Below the pieces are notes generated by a model, which was not told the origin of the DNA, did not search any database, and saw only the letters and a list, made by a program, of their open reading frames with translations. The translations under genes and the position numbers were made by a program. From Candidatus Latescibacterota bacterium (GTDB taxonomy: Bacteria; Latescibacterota; UBA2968; UBA8231), in the NCBI GenBank assembly GCA_965223905.1, contig CBDCXV010000010.1:960001-1024000 (forward strand): a stretch of DNA of 64,000 bases, written 5' to 3'. This document shows, one piece after another, positions 19,989-29,771 of this stretch. Numbering within the stretch: the first letter of the stretch is position 1; every line of letters begins with the position of its first letter.

Positions 19989-21233
19989 ATGCGAGCACAG
20001 ATCACCCGGCACGCCCTCGATCGAGTTCCCCTATCCATCATCATCGACGACTCCACGGTACTGGTCAACGTCAACTACTTCTTCATGCGCGACCGGAATC
20101 GGGTCGATGATGGGGGACGCCGCTGGGAACACGTACCTGTGGTACACCCCGAGCATTTTACCCGAGAGTTCGCCGAGTACTGCCTGGATCACGGCGTGCG
20201 CGGGAAATTCAGCGTCGTGCCCTGTCCGGCAGGGCTGGGGCGCATAGACGAGGGCTTGCCGCTGTTCAGCACGGCGCAACAGGACAGCTGGCTGCAGATG
20301 TGCCGGGAACTGATCGCTCCGGCTTTCGATATCACGCCCGAGATGATCACTCACACAGTGGTCGTCGATCCGGTGACGATGGAGCCCGTGAAACCGCAGA
20401 TCTGGGAGCAGTATGATTGGGCCACGCTGCCCAAGGAGGAGGAGGAGGAGGAGATCGTCGAGTATGTGGCCACCGCATGCCGGATCCTGCAGAGCGTGGG
20501 CCTCTCACCACAGGGGGTCACTTCACCTGGCGAGTTCGGCAGCAAAACCCTGGAATTCTACGCCCGAGCGGTCGGCAAAGCGGTGCGTCAGGTCAGCCGT
20601 AACCCGGTACCGTTCTTCTTTCTGCGCACGAGTCGCGAAGGCGGGGTAGAGACCCCGGTATGGTATGCCGACCGCGAGGCCGGGACGGCGGTCGGGGAGA
20701 TCATAGCCTCGACGGGTGATTGCACCGGGTCCTGGACGGGCTACGGTGAAGTGGATGCGGATAGCTACATCACGGCCGATCTGCAGGGCGGACGGCTGCC
20801 CGCACTGATCGACGCTGGAGAGCCGGCGGTGATGATCAGCCACTGGCAAGGATTCTACGGGCTCCACGACGGTGACCGTCGCGGGTTCAAGGCCTTCAAG
20901 AAAGTGGTGGAGCGCTTGCGGGATCGAGACCCTCGCGGCGAGCGGACCCGGTGGCGGAGGTGCAGCGAGATTACCACCTACGCATGCGCCCGCACCATGG
21001 CGCAGCTGCACGTGGACGACGACTCGGTAACGCTGGACCTGCCCGTGCTGACCCGAGAGTTGACGCTCGAGCTGGCGGCCGTTGAGGTGCGCGGGATCTT
21101 GGTCGACGGTGAGGCTCTGAACCGGGCGTGCAGCCGTGCAACCTTCGAGAGCGGTACCTTTCTGAAGGAGGCGGATTCTACCTTGATCGCCTTCGATCCC
21201 CAGAGGCGCCGAACCGTCATACAGGTGGAATGA
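19989..21233 (+). CDS. Hypothetical protein, polysaccharide deacetylase/glycoside hydrolase-like barrel
   Basis: IIIDDS, RGKFSVVP, PEMITH, GVTSPG, ISHWQG resemble NodB/CE4-like metal-binding motifs; RBS upstream. Confidence 0.55.
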   Translation: MRAQITRHALDRVPLSIIIDDSTVLVNVNYFFMRDRNRVDDGGRRWEHVPVVHPEHFTREFAEYCLDHGVRGKFSVVPCPAGLGRIDEGLPLFSTAQQDSWLQMCRELIAPAFDITPEMITHTVVVDPVTMEPVKPQIWEQYDWATLPKEEEEEEIVEYVATACRILQSVGLSPQGVTSPGEFGSKTLEFYARAVGKAVRQVSRNPVPFFFLRTSREGGVETPVWYADREAGTAVGEIIASTGDCTGSWTGYGEVDADSYITADLQGGRLPALIDAGEPAVMISHWQGFYGLHDGDRRGFKAFKKVVERLRDRDPRGERTRWRRCSEITTYACARTMAQLHVDDDSVTLDLPVLTRELTLELAAVEVRGILVDGEALNRACSRATFESGTFLKEADSTLIAFDPQRRRTVIQVE

Positions 21234-22392
21234 GCTGGTCCTCTCCCTGGGTCAGCCACTCGAGGTTGAAGCGGGCCAAGGCGAGCTGATCGTACGGAAG
21301 ACCCTTCTCGCCGCGCTCGTACAGACAGTTGATGGTGCCGTCGGGAGCGACCGCCAGATCTGAATAGGCGGATGGCCCGTCGTGAATGAGCCGCGACACC
21401 GGCCAGGTGTGACATTCGTCGTACGTGAGCCGGACCGTGAGCCTCCTGCGCCCTCCGTGACCGCCCTCCGGTCCCTCCGTACAGGCGGGATTGGCGAACA
21501 GAATGCGATTCCGGTCCTGCACTCCCTCGCGAGTACAGCGCACCAGGCTGCCCTGGCAGGGCGGCTCGACCATGACCTCCTCCCGGCCGACTTCCCCAAA
21601 CGACTCGCCGCCGTCGTAGCTCCAGGCCCGGGCGCGGCGATAGGGAGCCAGGGAAGGCTCTCTCTTGTTGCGGCAGTTGATATAGACCCCACCGCCTGCT
21701 GTTTCCACGACGGCGCTCTCGTTGGTGCCCTCGTCGACGATGCCACCTATACGCCAGCTAGCTCCGCCGTCGTCACTGAGCATCACGTGCCCGTGGAAAA
21801 TGGCCGACGCCTCGTCGAAAGCGGGTGGAGTCTCGTCAGGACCCGGCCGAGCGCCATTCAGTCGCATGTGGTCGCAGGGGATGACGAGCCGGCCACTGCG
21901 CAGCTGTATCCCGTGGCCGGGTCCTGACGCGAACCAGGTCCAGGATGGGTCTTTCGCGGCGGCCGTGATCTCGACGGGCTCGGCCCAGGTCTGTCCCTCG
22001 TCCCGGCTGCTGGTGATCCAGACCGTGCGCTCCGCCTTGCCCTGAAAGATCGCATCAGTGCCTTCGTCGTCTCGCTCGTTCTTGCAGAAGGGCAGCCAGA
22101 TTGTTCCGCCGGACTGATCCACTACCGGACACGGATTTCCGCACGTCATGTCTCCATCTTCGACGGCGATACGCTCTTCCTCCCAGCTCTGTCCGTGGTC
22201 GTGACTGCGTTTCAACAACAGATCGATCTTGCCCGCATCGTGGGAGTGAAATTTCCGACCCTCGCAGAAGGCCAGAATCGTCCCTTTTGTCGTCACCACC
22301 ATGGCGGGAATTCGGTAGGTGTGGTACTCACCTTCTCCGGCCACCCATAAACCGGTCTGCTCGAAATACTCTCCTCCTTCGCCCATCGTCAT
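21217..22392 (-). CDS. Exo-alpha-sialidase (GH33 family)
   Basis: YRIP motif, Asp boxes SHDHGQSW, SRDEGQTW, SDDGGASW, SYDGGESF, plus TNE, YINCR, AYSD. Confidence 0.9.
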   Translation of the reverse strand: MTMGEGGEYFEQTGLWVAGEGEYHTYRIPAMVVTTKGTILAFCEGRKFHSHDAGKIDLLLKRSHDHGQSWEEERIAVEDGDMTCGNPCPVVDQSGGTIWLPFCKNERDDEGTDAIFQGKAERTVWITSSRDEGQTWAEPVEITAAAKDPSWTWFASGPGHGIQLRSGRLVIPCDHMRLNGARPGPDETPPAFDEASAIFHGHVMLSDDGGASWRIGGIVDEGTNESAVVETAGGGVYINCRNKREPSLAPYRRARAWSYDGGESFGEVGREEVMVEPPCQGSLVRCTREGVQDRNRILFANPACTEGPEGGHGGRRRLTVRLTYDECHTWPVSRLIHDGPSAYSDLAVAPDGTINCLYERGEKGLPYDQLALARFNLEWLTQGEDQLIPPV

Positions 22393-22411
22393 CCGTTCCT
22401 TTCCGGGAAGC

Positions 22412-23548
22412 TCACCCCAGGCGGTCTTCCCCTTCGCTGACCCACTCGATGTCGAACCGGGCCAGCGTCAGGTTCTTATAGGGAAGCCCGCTCTCACTGC
22501 GCTCGTACAGCAGGCAGATTGTCCTGTCGGAAGCGACCGCCATGTCCGAATAGGCGGAGGGTCCGGCGTGAACGAGCCTGGCTACCGGCTAAGTGCGACA
22601 CTCGTCGTAGCTCACCCGAACCGTCATCTTCCTGCGCCCTGAATGGCCTCCTTCGGGAGCCCTCCGTGGAGGCCGGATTGGCGAACAGGACCCGGTTCCT
22701 GTCGTCCCTTGCGGCTTTCGTGAAGCGGACGAAGCTCCCCTCGCAGCTCGGCTCGATGAGCGCATCCTCCCGGCCGAACTCGGAGAACGTCTCGCCCCCG
22801 TCGTGGCTCCAGGCCCGTGCCCGCCTGTACGGCATGAGGGATTCATCTCTCTGGTTGCGGCAGTTGATGTAGACCGCAGCCTCTGCCGTCTCTACGACCG
22901 CGCTTTCGCTGGTCCCCGCGTCCAGGATTCCGCCAATCCGCCAGCTTGAACCGTGGTCGTCGCTGAGCATCAGATGCGAATGACTCGGATCACTCCAGTC
23001 GAAATCCACCCCCACCATGTCATGTGATGGCAGGGTATGATGAGCCGGCCGCTGCTCAGCTGAATCCCGTGACCTGGCCCAGTGGCGACACTCGTCCACG
23101 ACAGATCCCTGACATCGCTCGTGATTTCGGTGGGCTCCGCCCAGGTTACACCGTCGTCTCTGCTGCAAGTGATCCAGTGAGTCCGCGACGACTTGCCCCA
23201 TACGATGAGGTCTCCTCCTGTTTCGTCGTCGCGCGGGCTCTTGCAAAAGGGCAGCCAGATCGTCCCGTCAGTCCTGTCTACGACAGGACAAGGGTTCCCA
23301 CACGTCATGTCCCCGTCATCCACGACCACGTCTGTGTCCGTCCAGGTCTGCCCGCAGTCCGAGCTTCGTTTGAGGAGCAGGTCGATCTTGCCCCCGTCGT
23401 GAGAGTGAAATTTTCGGCCCTCGCAGAAGGCCAGAATCGAGCCTGTGGTGGTAACGACCATGGCCGGAATTCGGTAGGTGTGATACTCCCCCTCTCCGGC
23501 GCTCCAGAGCTTTCGCTCCTCGAAATTCGCGCCCTCACGCTCCGGCAT
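22412..23548 (-). pseudogene. Second GH33 sialidase, tandem paralog, inactivated
   Basis: YRIP and Asp boxes; 5-bp catgt duplication (23016-23025), +1 insertion near 22658, and TAG at 22589-22591 where the paralog has Trp. Confidence 0.88.
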
Positions 23549-23739
23549 TGCCGCGACTCCTCCCTCGCAAGTGTGCTTCCAATGGCGGCACCGGCTCGAC
23601 GATCCCTGGCCCGTCCGGAGAAAGACCGATCCGTAATGCCCATCTCCACGGTGACGTCCGTACATGAGAACCGGGCAGGCGCCGTGGAAGCGGTGCCTGC
23701 CCGGTGGAAATGGATGAAAGTTGGGTTAGGAACGAATCC

Positions 23740-24645
23740 CTACTCGATGAATTGCCCTTTTATCCGACCCCAACTCTCAGCTTCAACAGATGTCTGAGCG
23801 CCCCAACCGATGGTATCATCGTCTGGCGCCAGAAATAGATCCTGGACCGTAGAGTCTGTTGGAGAAAGCGACCACATTCCGATCCGGGCGTTTGGCTCGT
23901 CCGCCGGGTTGTCCGCCTCGTTGATAAAGATGCCGATGTGCACCGTTCCGCCCACTTCCAGGTCGCCGATGATCACCTCGTCTTCCGTCGCGTTATCGTC
24001 AATCGGCATTGAGTCGATGGGGTGTAACCGGATTTCGTAGTGGTAGGTGCTCTCGCCGAACTCCTCGCCCTCGAAGCTCCACCCGATTTGCACCCACTTG
24101 CTGCCGTTCTTCATCCACGGAAGGTTGACGACCGGGCGGAAAAACTCGAAGGCACCTTGGAGGGGGGGGAGGGCGTACTTGTAGGCGAAGCCCCTCGCTA
24201 TCCCGTCCACAGAGCCGGCGTCTTCCGAGGATATGTGGGCGAACATCAAATAGAATTCCGGACCATCGTCGAAGAAGAAGAGGCCGGGTTCCTCACGGGC
24301 GGTCACGTGAATATCGTCGAAGACGCTCGTCAGGTAGTAGATATTATTAGACGTGTCGTTCCAGCCGAACTTGTGCCATATCTGCAGCGACGCCGGATCC
24401 GGCAGGTTGTTGTCCCCCACAGTCCCCCTATCCTGCGGGATTCCGTTCGAAGGAACGTGGTGCTCCGGTCCCGCCCCGTACACGTCCCTGTCCACGGCTT
24501 CCCAGTCATTAATCAACCCGTCGATCACCGGGCGGTGCGTATCCGGGAACTTGACGGCATTGAGGGGCGGGCTGCCGTCATGGGCGAGGGCACTGCTGGT
24601 GAGAGCGAACGCTATCGCACTCACGATCGCCAGGTATTTCTTCAT
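23740..24645 (-). CDS. Secreted CBM9/DOMON-like protein with C-terminal TSVEAESWGRIK tail
   Basis: Signal peptide MKKYLAIVSAIAFALTSSALA, PVIDGLINDW, GWNDTSNNIY, VFDD, DGPEF; GGAGG RBS. Confidence 0.7.
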   Translation of the reverse strand: MKKYLAIVSAIAFALTSSALAHDGSPPLNAVKFPDTHRPVIDGLINDWEAVDRDVYGAGPEHHVPSNGIPQDRGTVGDNNLPDPASLQIWHKFGWNDTSNNIYYLTSVFDDIHVTAREEPGLFFFDDGPEFYLMFAHISSEDAGSVDGIARGFAYKYALPPLQGAFEFFRPVVNLPWMKNGSKWVQIGWSFEGEEFGESTYHYEIRLHPIDSMPIDDNATEDEVIIGDLEVGGTVHIGIFINEADNPADEPNARIGMWSLSPTDSTVQDLFLAPDDDTIGWGAQTSVEAESWGRIKGQFIE

Positions 24646-24799
24646 CACACAAACACCTCCTGCTCGGTGGTCTCTGCCACTCATGGGGTGATCACTGCGA
24701 TTTCGCAATTGCGACCGCAGTGTGATTTGACTCCTGCCCTCGTAAAAACAACAAGTTATGTCACTCAGAGGGCTGGATCCTTGGCTCTATTAACTGCTT

Positions 24800-24828
24800 A
24801 CGGTACGAAATCCGTCACCGAATGTCAA
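24800..24828 (-). promoter_or_regulatory. Putative sigma70 promoter for the CBM9-like gene
   Basis: TTGACA, 17-bp spacer, TACCGT on the minus strand in the 189-bp intergenic gap. Confidence 0.5.
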
Positions 24829-24834
24829 ACGAAT

Positions 24835-27573
24835 TCAGAAGTACGCTCCTGGAGCCGACACCGGCTTCCCGAGTCCGGCGTAGACCGTTATGAAGGACTG
24901 CGTCGTCGTCGTCGCCTCCAGCCCTTCGAAATCCTTGCGCTCGATCACCGCGCCGGCGAGGGCCTGAATTCGATATCCCAGATACTCCGACGAGGTACTG
25001 AACTGGAGTCCGTAGCTGATCGAGTCGAAGTCCTCGGCATCCCGGTCCACATCGTTGAAGTAGACGTACTCCACCCCGGCCTGGAGCCGGCTCCGCCGCA
25101 GGACCGGCACGGTCACCAATCCCGAAACCAGCTCCATCAGACTGGTGTGCTCCTGGGCGGCGAACAATCCCCGCGTCTGCTTGCGGAACTCGCTCTTCCA
25201 GCGCGGCTCGAGAGTCAGCCGCGCGAGTCTGTACTGGTAGCTCGCCTTGTTGATGGCGCCGAAGAAGGAATCCGTCTCATCCAGATTGAATCGCTGCCTC
25301 CGAGATGTGCTCATGAGCTGCCGAAAGGACACCCAGTTGAGCTGGTTCGACACATTCAGGGAGCCGGTCTCGAAGCGGTGCCCCACGAACAGCTGATTGA
25401 CCCACGTATCCCGTGCCAGCAACGGATCGTCCACCGCGGTCAGCGCGCCGCCCCGTATCGTCGTATCAGGCACCCACTGCAGGAGCGGGTTGGCGATATC
25501 GTCCTCGACGAGTTTCGACATTTCGAACACGCGCAGCCGGCCGTAACGGGCTGACTCGCCGTCGTAGTTCACGACGGCGTAGGTGCTGTGGTTGTGCCTG
25601 TCGGTGGATATCGACTCTTCCCTCAAGGCCCCCACCGACAACCTGAGCCCCGATGCGGCATCGAGCCCGATGTACATGTTGGCGCCACGGTGATCAATGG
25701 GGTACGGGTAGTCGGGCTGGTCGTCATTTTCGTAGAGATCTACCCAGAAGTTGTTGTTCATGTCGACGCCGAAGAGGAACTCGGGCCGGTCCACCGAGAA
25801 CCTGAGAAAGGGTTCCTCGAAATCCGGGATCGAGTTCATCTTGACGCGGTTGTCGTTCTGGTTGAAATCCGGCACGAAGTCGAGGTTCCGGTCCCACCCG
25901 GGGAAGACCTGGCGGTCCCGCGTGAACCAGTCAGCGCGGAAACTGTCCGGAATGCGGTCTTGGTCGTCGTTGTCCTCCACGAAATCGACGCGGTACCGAT
26001 CTCGCTCGTAGTCTACGATCCCCGACTCGTCCGCGGTGACGAAGGTCTGGGTATTGTAGGCGGGGTCCATGCTGTACGCCTCGCTGAACAAAAACCAGGG
26101 ATCGGCGCGCTTCGACAGGTTGACCATCCAGGCCGGCGCTCGTCTGTCCCCGCGGATGCCGGAGGCTGCGTCGTGGGTCTCCCTGACACGGTTCGGGTAC
26201 TTCCGATAGCTCCAGCTCAGATCGTACTCCGCGTACAGGTGCGCTCCCAGCACGTCGCTCACCCGCACACTGCCTCCGAGTACGTGAGTGCCCGTGGGGA
26301 GTCCGTACTCGAAGCTGACCGTTCTGAGATTGGAAATATCCTGGACGTTTCCCTCCGCGCTCGTCACCTTGAGGAACACCGGAGCGCTAGACAGGTCCGT
26401 CTGTCGGTCCGAGGAAATCCAGATCTCGTAGTCGTTGGCCAGGACGAGGCGAAATTCCACCTCGACGATCTCGGCCTTGTCGTTCTGGGCGCGGTTCACG
26501 AAGGCCGGGTCCTCGAAGTCGTAAGTCAGCCGGATCTCTTCTGTACCGTCGGCGACGATGAAGCCCTGCCTCCGTCGTCCTCCCTGGATCAGGGGTGCGA
26601 AGCGCAGCTCGTCGCCGGTGTCCACCGTGCCGTCCCGGTAGGTGACGATCACATCGGAGCCGGCCGGGAAGTACACGGCTCCACCAATGCCGTCCTCCGG
26701 CGAGTCGTCGCGCAGGATGACCTCGATGGTGGATACCGTCCGGTTCTGGCCCTCTGTGAGTGAGCCGGTCAGGAGATCCCCTAAAGGCTTGTCGACATTC
26801 GAGTTGGACTGATGGCCGTGAACGGTGTGGACTCCCAGTTCCACGAAGTCGCCGACCTGCGCCGTCAGCCGGCCACCGAGCAAAGTCGTGCTGTTCGTCA
26901 GTCGCCGCTCCCCCCCTTCCGTTTCTCGCGTTTGGTTGAACTCCGATTCGGTTCCTCTCGACGCGGTGAGTTGGGAGTAGATCAGGGTCGCCCGGTACTT
27001 GTCTGTGGCCAGATCGAGCTGCACGCCGTTGAGGCGCGGTTTGGACAGTACCATCGGAGTGAGCGTGGTGCGCAGATCGCTGCTCGCCGTCAGGGCGTAG
27101 CGGTATTGACCTTTCCCTTCCGAGGCCACGACCACGTTGTTGAACCATCCCTGGAACCTCACATCCCGGAAAATGGACGTGCCGGAGCCCTGGTTGTTCG
27201 CCTGTGACACGTTGTATACGAGCCATCCTCGATCCAGGAGGCGGCCGTACAGGTCGTAGAAGTAGTGTCCCTCGATGTCGGTGGGTACGTAACGCTCGTA
27301 GTTTCTTCTGGCGTAATTGGTGGACGCCCACTGCTGCCATCGGTGCTCCTCGAACAGCTCTTGCGGCACGTACCAGTTGCGCACCGCGGGATCGAGGGCG
27401 CCCATGCTCACGTAAGGCCCCTGGGCGAGAAAGTGTGTCATTCCCGCCTGCTGGAGGCCCAGTCTCCGGCCGTAATCCGGCTGACCGGCAGCCTCCGTCG
27501 TCATCCCGCCTACGCAGGCGGTGAGGAAGAGGAGACCGGAAACGGACCTGATTCTCGATTTCATCACAGACAC
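24835..27573 (-). CDS. ~900-aa secreted protein, predicted outer-membrane beta-barrel with Ca-binding-like loops (paralog B)
   Basis: Signal peptide, many alternating amphipathic beta-strands ending SFITVYAGL, DxNxD-type loops; clearly homologous to 31999-34665. Confidence 0.65.
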   Translation of the reverse strand: MSVMKSRIRSVSGLLFLTACVGGMTTEAAGQPDYGRRLGLQQAGMTHFLAQGPYVSMGALDPAVRNWYVPQELFEEHRWQQWASTNYARRNYERYVPTDIEGHYFYDLYGRLLDRGWLVYNVSQANNQGSGTSIFRDVRFQGWFNNVVVASEGKGQYRYALTASSDLRTTLTPMVLSKPRLNGVQLDLATDKYRATLIYSQLTASRGTESEFNQTRETEGGERRLTNSTTLLGGRLTAQVGDFVELGVHTVHGHQSNSNVDKPLGDLLTGSLTEGQNRTVSTIEVILRDDSPEDGIGGAVYFPAGSDVIVTYRDGTVDTGDELRFAPLIQGGRRRQGFIVADGTEEIRLTYDFEDPAFVNRAQNDKAEIVEVEFRLVLANDYEIWISSDRQTDLSSAPVFLKVTSAEGNVQDISNLRTVSFEYGLPTGTHVLGGSVRVSDVLGAHLYAEYDLSWSYRKYPNRVRETHDAASGIRGDRRAPAWMVNLSKRADPWFLFSEAYSMDPAYNTQTFVTADESGIVDYERDRYRVDFVEDNDDQDRIPDSFRADWFTRDRQVFPGWDRNLDFVPDFNQNDNRVKMNSIPDFEEPFLRFSVDRPEFLFGVDMNNNFWVDLYENDDQPDYPYPIDHRGANMYIGLDAASGLRLSVGALREESISTDRHNHSTYAVVNYDGESARYGRLRVFEMSKLVEDDIANPLLQWVPDTTIRGGALTAVDDPLLARDTWVNQLFVGHRFETGSLNVSNQLNWVSFRQLMSTSRRQRFNLDETDSFFGAINKASYQYRLARLTLEPRWKSEFRKQTRGLFAAQEHTSLMELVSGLVTVPVLRRSRLQAGVEYVYFNDVDRDAEDFDSISYGLQFSTSSEYLGYRIQALAGAVIERKDFEGLEATTTTQSFITVYAGLGKPVSAPGAYF

Positions 27574-27609
27574 CTTCGGGCGTCCTTCAGCGACATCCTG
27601 AAAAGGGCC

Positions 27610-29748
27610 TCAGTACGCGAGGGAAACCACGCCGGTAGCCACCTGGCGCTCCTCGTCCGCATCGACATCGACGGCGAAGAGGTAAATACCCGGCGGCACC
27701 GGGCGGGCGGCAGCGTCCTTCCCGTCCCAGGATTGCTTTCCGGGTAGCTCCACGACGAGTTGGCCCGACAGCGTGTAGATCTTCAACGCGGCCTGTGTTT
27801 CGACGTTGCGCAGATTATATGAAAAGGTCACCTCGTCGTTGATCCCGTCCCCGTTCGGCGTGAATACGGCCGGGGTCGCTGGCAGCCCCAGAATCAGGTC
27901 GCCGCCGATGGGGGTCTTCACAGTGAGAACATCTCCGCCGACATCGACCGTGGCATTCCCCTCGTTGATCCGCTGCTTCACAAAGGGCGCATCGCTGTCG
28001 TAGACCCAGCCGGCGAATTCCGCGCCGTAGCGCAGTACCTTCGCGTCGAACACCACCTTTACGATCTTGAAATTGTCCCGCCCCGGATCCCCCCCCAGGG
28101 GGTCGAAACCCACGATGATGCGGTCGTCCTGGATGTCATACGGTACTCCCTGACGGAACTCCACTCCGGCCAGGTCTTTTTCCAGGTCTTCCTCCGGCCA
28201 CGCACCGATCAACTCCGCCCCTCCCACGTTCACCGAGTCCACCCGCCCCGCCCGGACTCCGGTGAGGATCTCGAGTCGGTCGAACCCCGTGACCTCAGAG
28301 TCAGAGCCCGGACGGCCGAAATAAGGGCTTATGAAGTAAGTGAACGTGTGCGGCTCGAAACTGTCCGTCTCGATCGGCCAGATCTCTCCGGTCACGTCCT
28401 GCGCTGCCGGCTGGTCGCTGAACAGAATCGACAGTTCGTCCAGCCGTGGGGGGTCGCCGCCGCGATCCGCGATCATGACGATCTCGAACTGGAGGAACCG
28501 ACTCGGACTGGGGGAGAGTACGGGTGTCCCGTCGGACCACTCCTCGGCCGGCACGGCCGGATCGCGCAGTCCGGCCTCGAAGTCGTAGGGCTCTGACCAG
28601 AACGCCCAATTGTCCACATCGGGGGAACTCTTCAGATGAGCGAACGCTTCCCCTCCAATTCTGTCGGTTGTGTAAGGTTGGACACCCCTCCACTGCTGCA
28701 GGTAATCTTCGGCAGTCACCGGCTCGAACGTGCCGGTATTCCCGAGTGCGAAGTACAGGTTCGGATCGTCCGTCTTCCCGGTGCGGGTTCGGAAAAGCAC
28801 GCTCGTGCCTGGAGGCTGCTCGCCATCCCAGCGTATCTTGCTCCAGGCGACGGGCCTGTCGGAATCCCCGCCGAAATCCAGAATCCCGCTGCGGTAGAGT
28901 GTCCGGGTCACGAACCCTTCGCCGTAAACCTCCAATTCGGCGACCTCCCAGTCGCGCTCCGGATCCAATGGACGCAGCGCGACCCAGCGCACGTCCCGCG
29001 TGGGAAAGGTGAGGTCCACATCCGCATCCAGGTTCTCCCGCGTGCTCGCCAGGATGTCGAGAGACGGATCGTTGGGCTCACCGATGGGGATGCTGTCGAA
29101 GATCCTGCCGCCGATGTGGCGATACCAGTGCCTCGTGGGGCTCACCTCGCGGTGCGAACGCACGAGAGGCGCCGAATCGGCGGCAACCCCGATCTCGTAC
29201 CACTGGAGATAGTTGTCTTCGAAGCCTGGCCGCGGGTAGAAGCGAATTCGATTCACCGGCAGTTCGACGCCGAGGTTGAGCACACTGTTCTGGATCCACG
29301 CATTGTTGATTCCGTCTACGAACGGAGAGACCGGCACCGGCCTGAACATGGCCGTCGTCGGATCGCCGTCGATCATATCCCGGAGCGTCTTCGACTCCTC
29401 TTGTACGTACGCGCGGTGGCTACTCGGCATCAGATGGCCTCCCCGCCCCTCTGCGGAGAGAGCGAGGTTTTCGTCGGGAAAGATTTCCAACGGCCGGATG
29501 GAACCGCCCGAATAGTCGAGCACGGTGGCTTCGCCCGGGTAGGCTTCGCCCGGGTGCTCGGGTACGGTGGTGACCTCCACGGATTTCAGGACTCCCCCCT
29601 CCTCATCGACGAGGACATAAGTGCCCGTATGCTCTTCCATGAACTCCCGCCACCCGATGCCGTCTCCACCCAGTCTGAATTCAGCGCGCCCTCCCCATAC
29701 AGCGGTGTGAAAGGCGATTACGACCAACAAGCCGAGAAATAGTGCCAT
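27610..29748 (-). CDS. Secreted discoidin-like protein with C-terminal CHU_C/FlgD-Ig domain (paralog 3)
   Basis: Signal peptide; MIDGDPTT, LNLGVELPVNRIRFYPR, RTRTG, GEIWP, FTPNGDGIND, WDGKD..VPPGIY; ends SLAY. Confidence 0.8.
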   Translation of the reverse strand: MALFLGLLVVIAFHTAVWGGRAEFRLGGDGIGWREFMEEHTGTYVLVDEEGGVLKSVEVTTVPEHPGEAYPGEATVLDYSGGSIRPLEIFPDENLALSAEGRGGHLMPSSHRAYVQEESKTLRDMIDGDPTTAMFRPVPVSPFVDGINNAWIQNSVLNLGVELPVNRIRFYPRPGFEDNYLQWYEIGVAADSAPLVRSHREVSPTRHWYRHIGGRIFDSIPIGEPNDPSLDILASTRENLDADVDLTFPTRDVRWVALRPLDPERDWEVAELEVYGEGFVTRTLYRSGILDFGGDSDRPVAWSKIRWDGEQPPGTSVLFRTRTGKTDDPNLYFALGNTGTFEPVTAEDYLQQWRGVQPYTTDRIGGEAFAHLKSSPDVDNWAFWSEPYDFEAGLRDPAVPAEEWSDGTPVLSPSPSRFLQFEIVMIADRGGDPPRLDELSILFSDQPAAQDVTGEIWPIETDSFEPHTFTYFISPYFGRPGSDSEVTGFDRLEILTGVRAGRVDSVNVGGAELIGAWPEEDLEKDLAGVEFRQGVPYDIQDDRIIVGFDPLGGDPGRDNFKIVKVVFDAKVLRYGAEFAGWVYDSDAPFVKQRINEGNATVDVGGDVLTVKTPIGGDLILGLPATPAVFTPNGDGINDEVTFSYNLRNVETQAALKIYTLSGQLVVELPGKQSWDGKDAAARPVPPGIYLFAVDVDADEERQVATGVVSLAY

Positions 29749-29771
29749 GATATGTGCTCCTGCTTCGTCGC

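Noticed and set aside
20436-20453. (GAG)6 microsatellite
   Set aside because: In-frame poly-Glu run; no evidence of a switching role.
24040-25554. Long plus-strand ORF (504 aa) and similar antisense ORFs (6035-7630, 15970-17409, 54171-56303, 61110-62594)
   Set aside because: Shadow ORFs opposite well-supported genes in high-GC DNA; no recognisable motifs.
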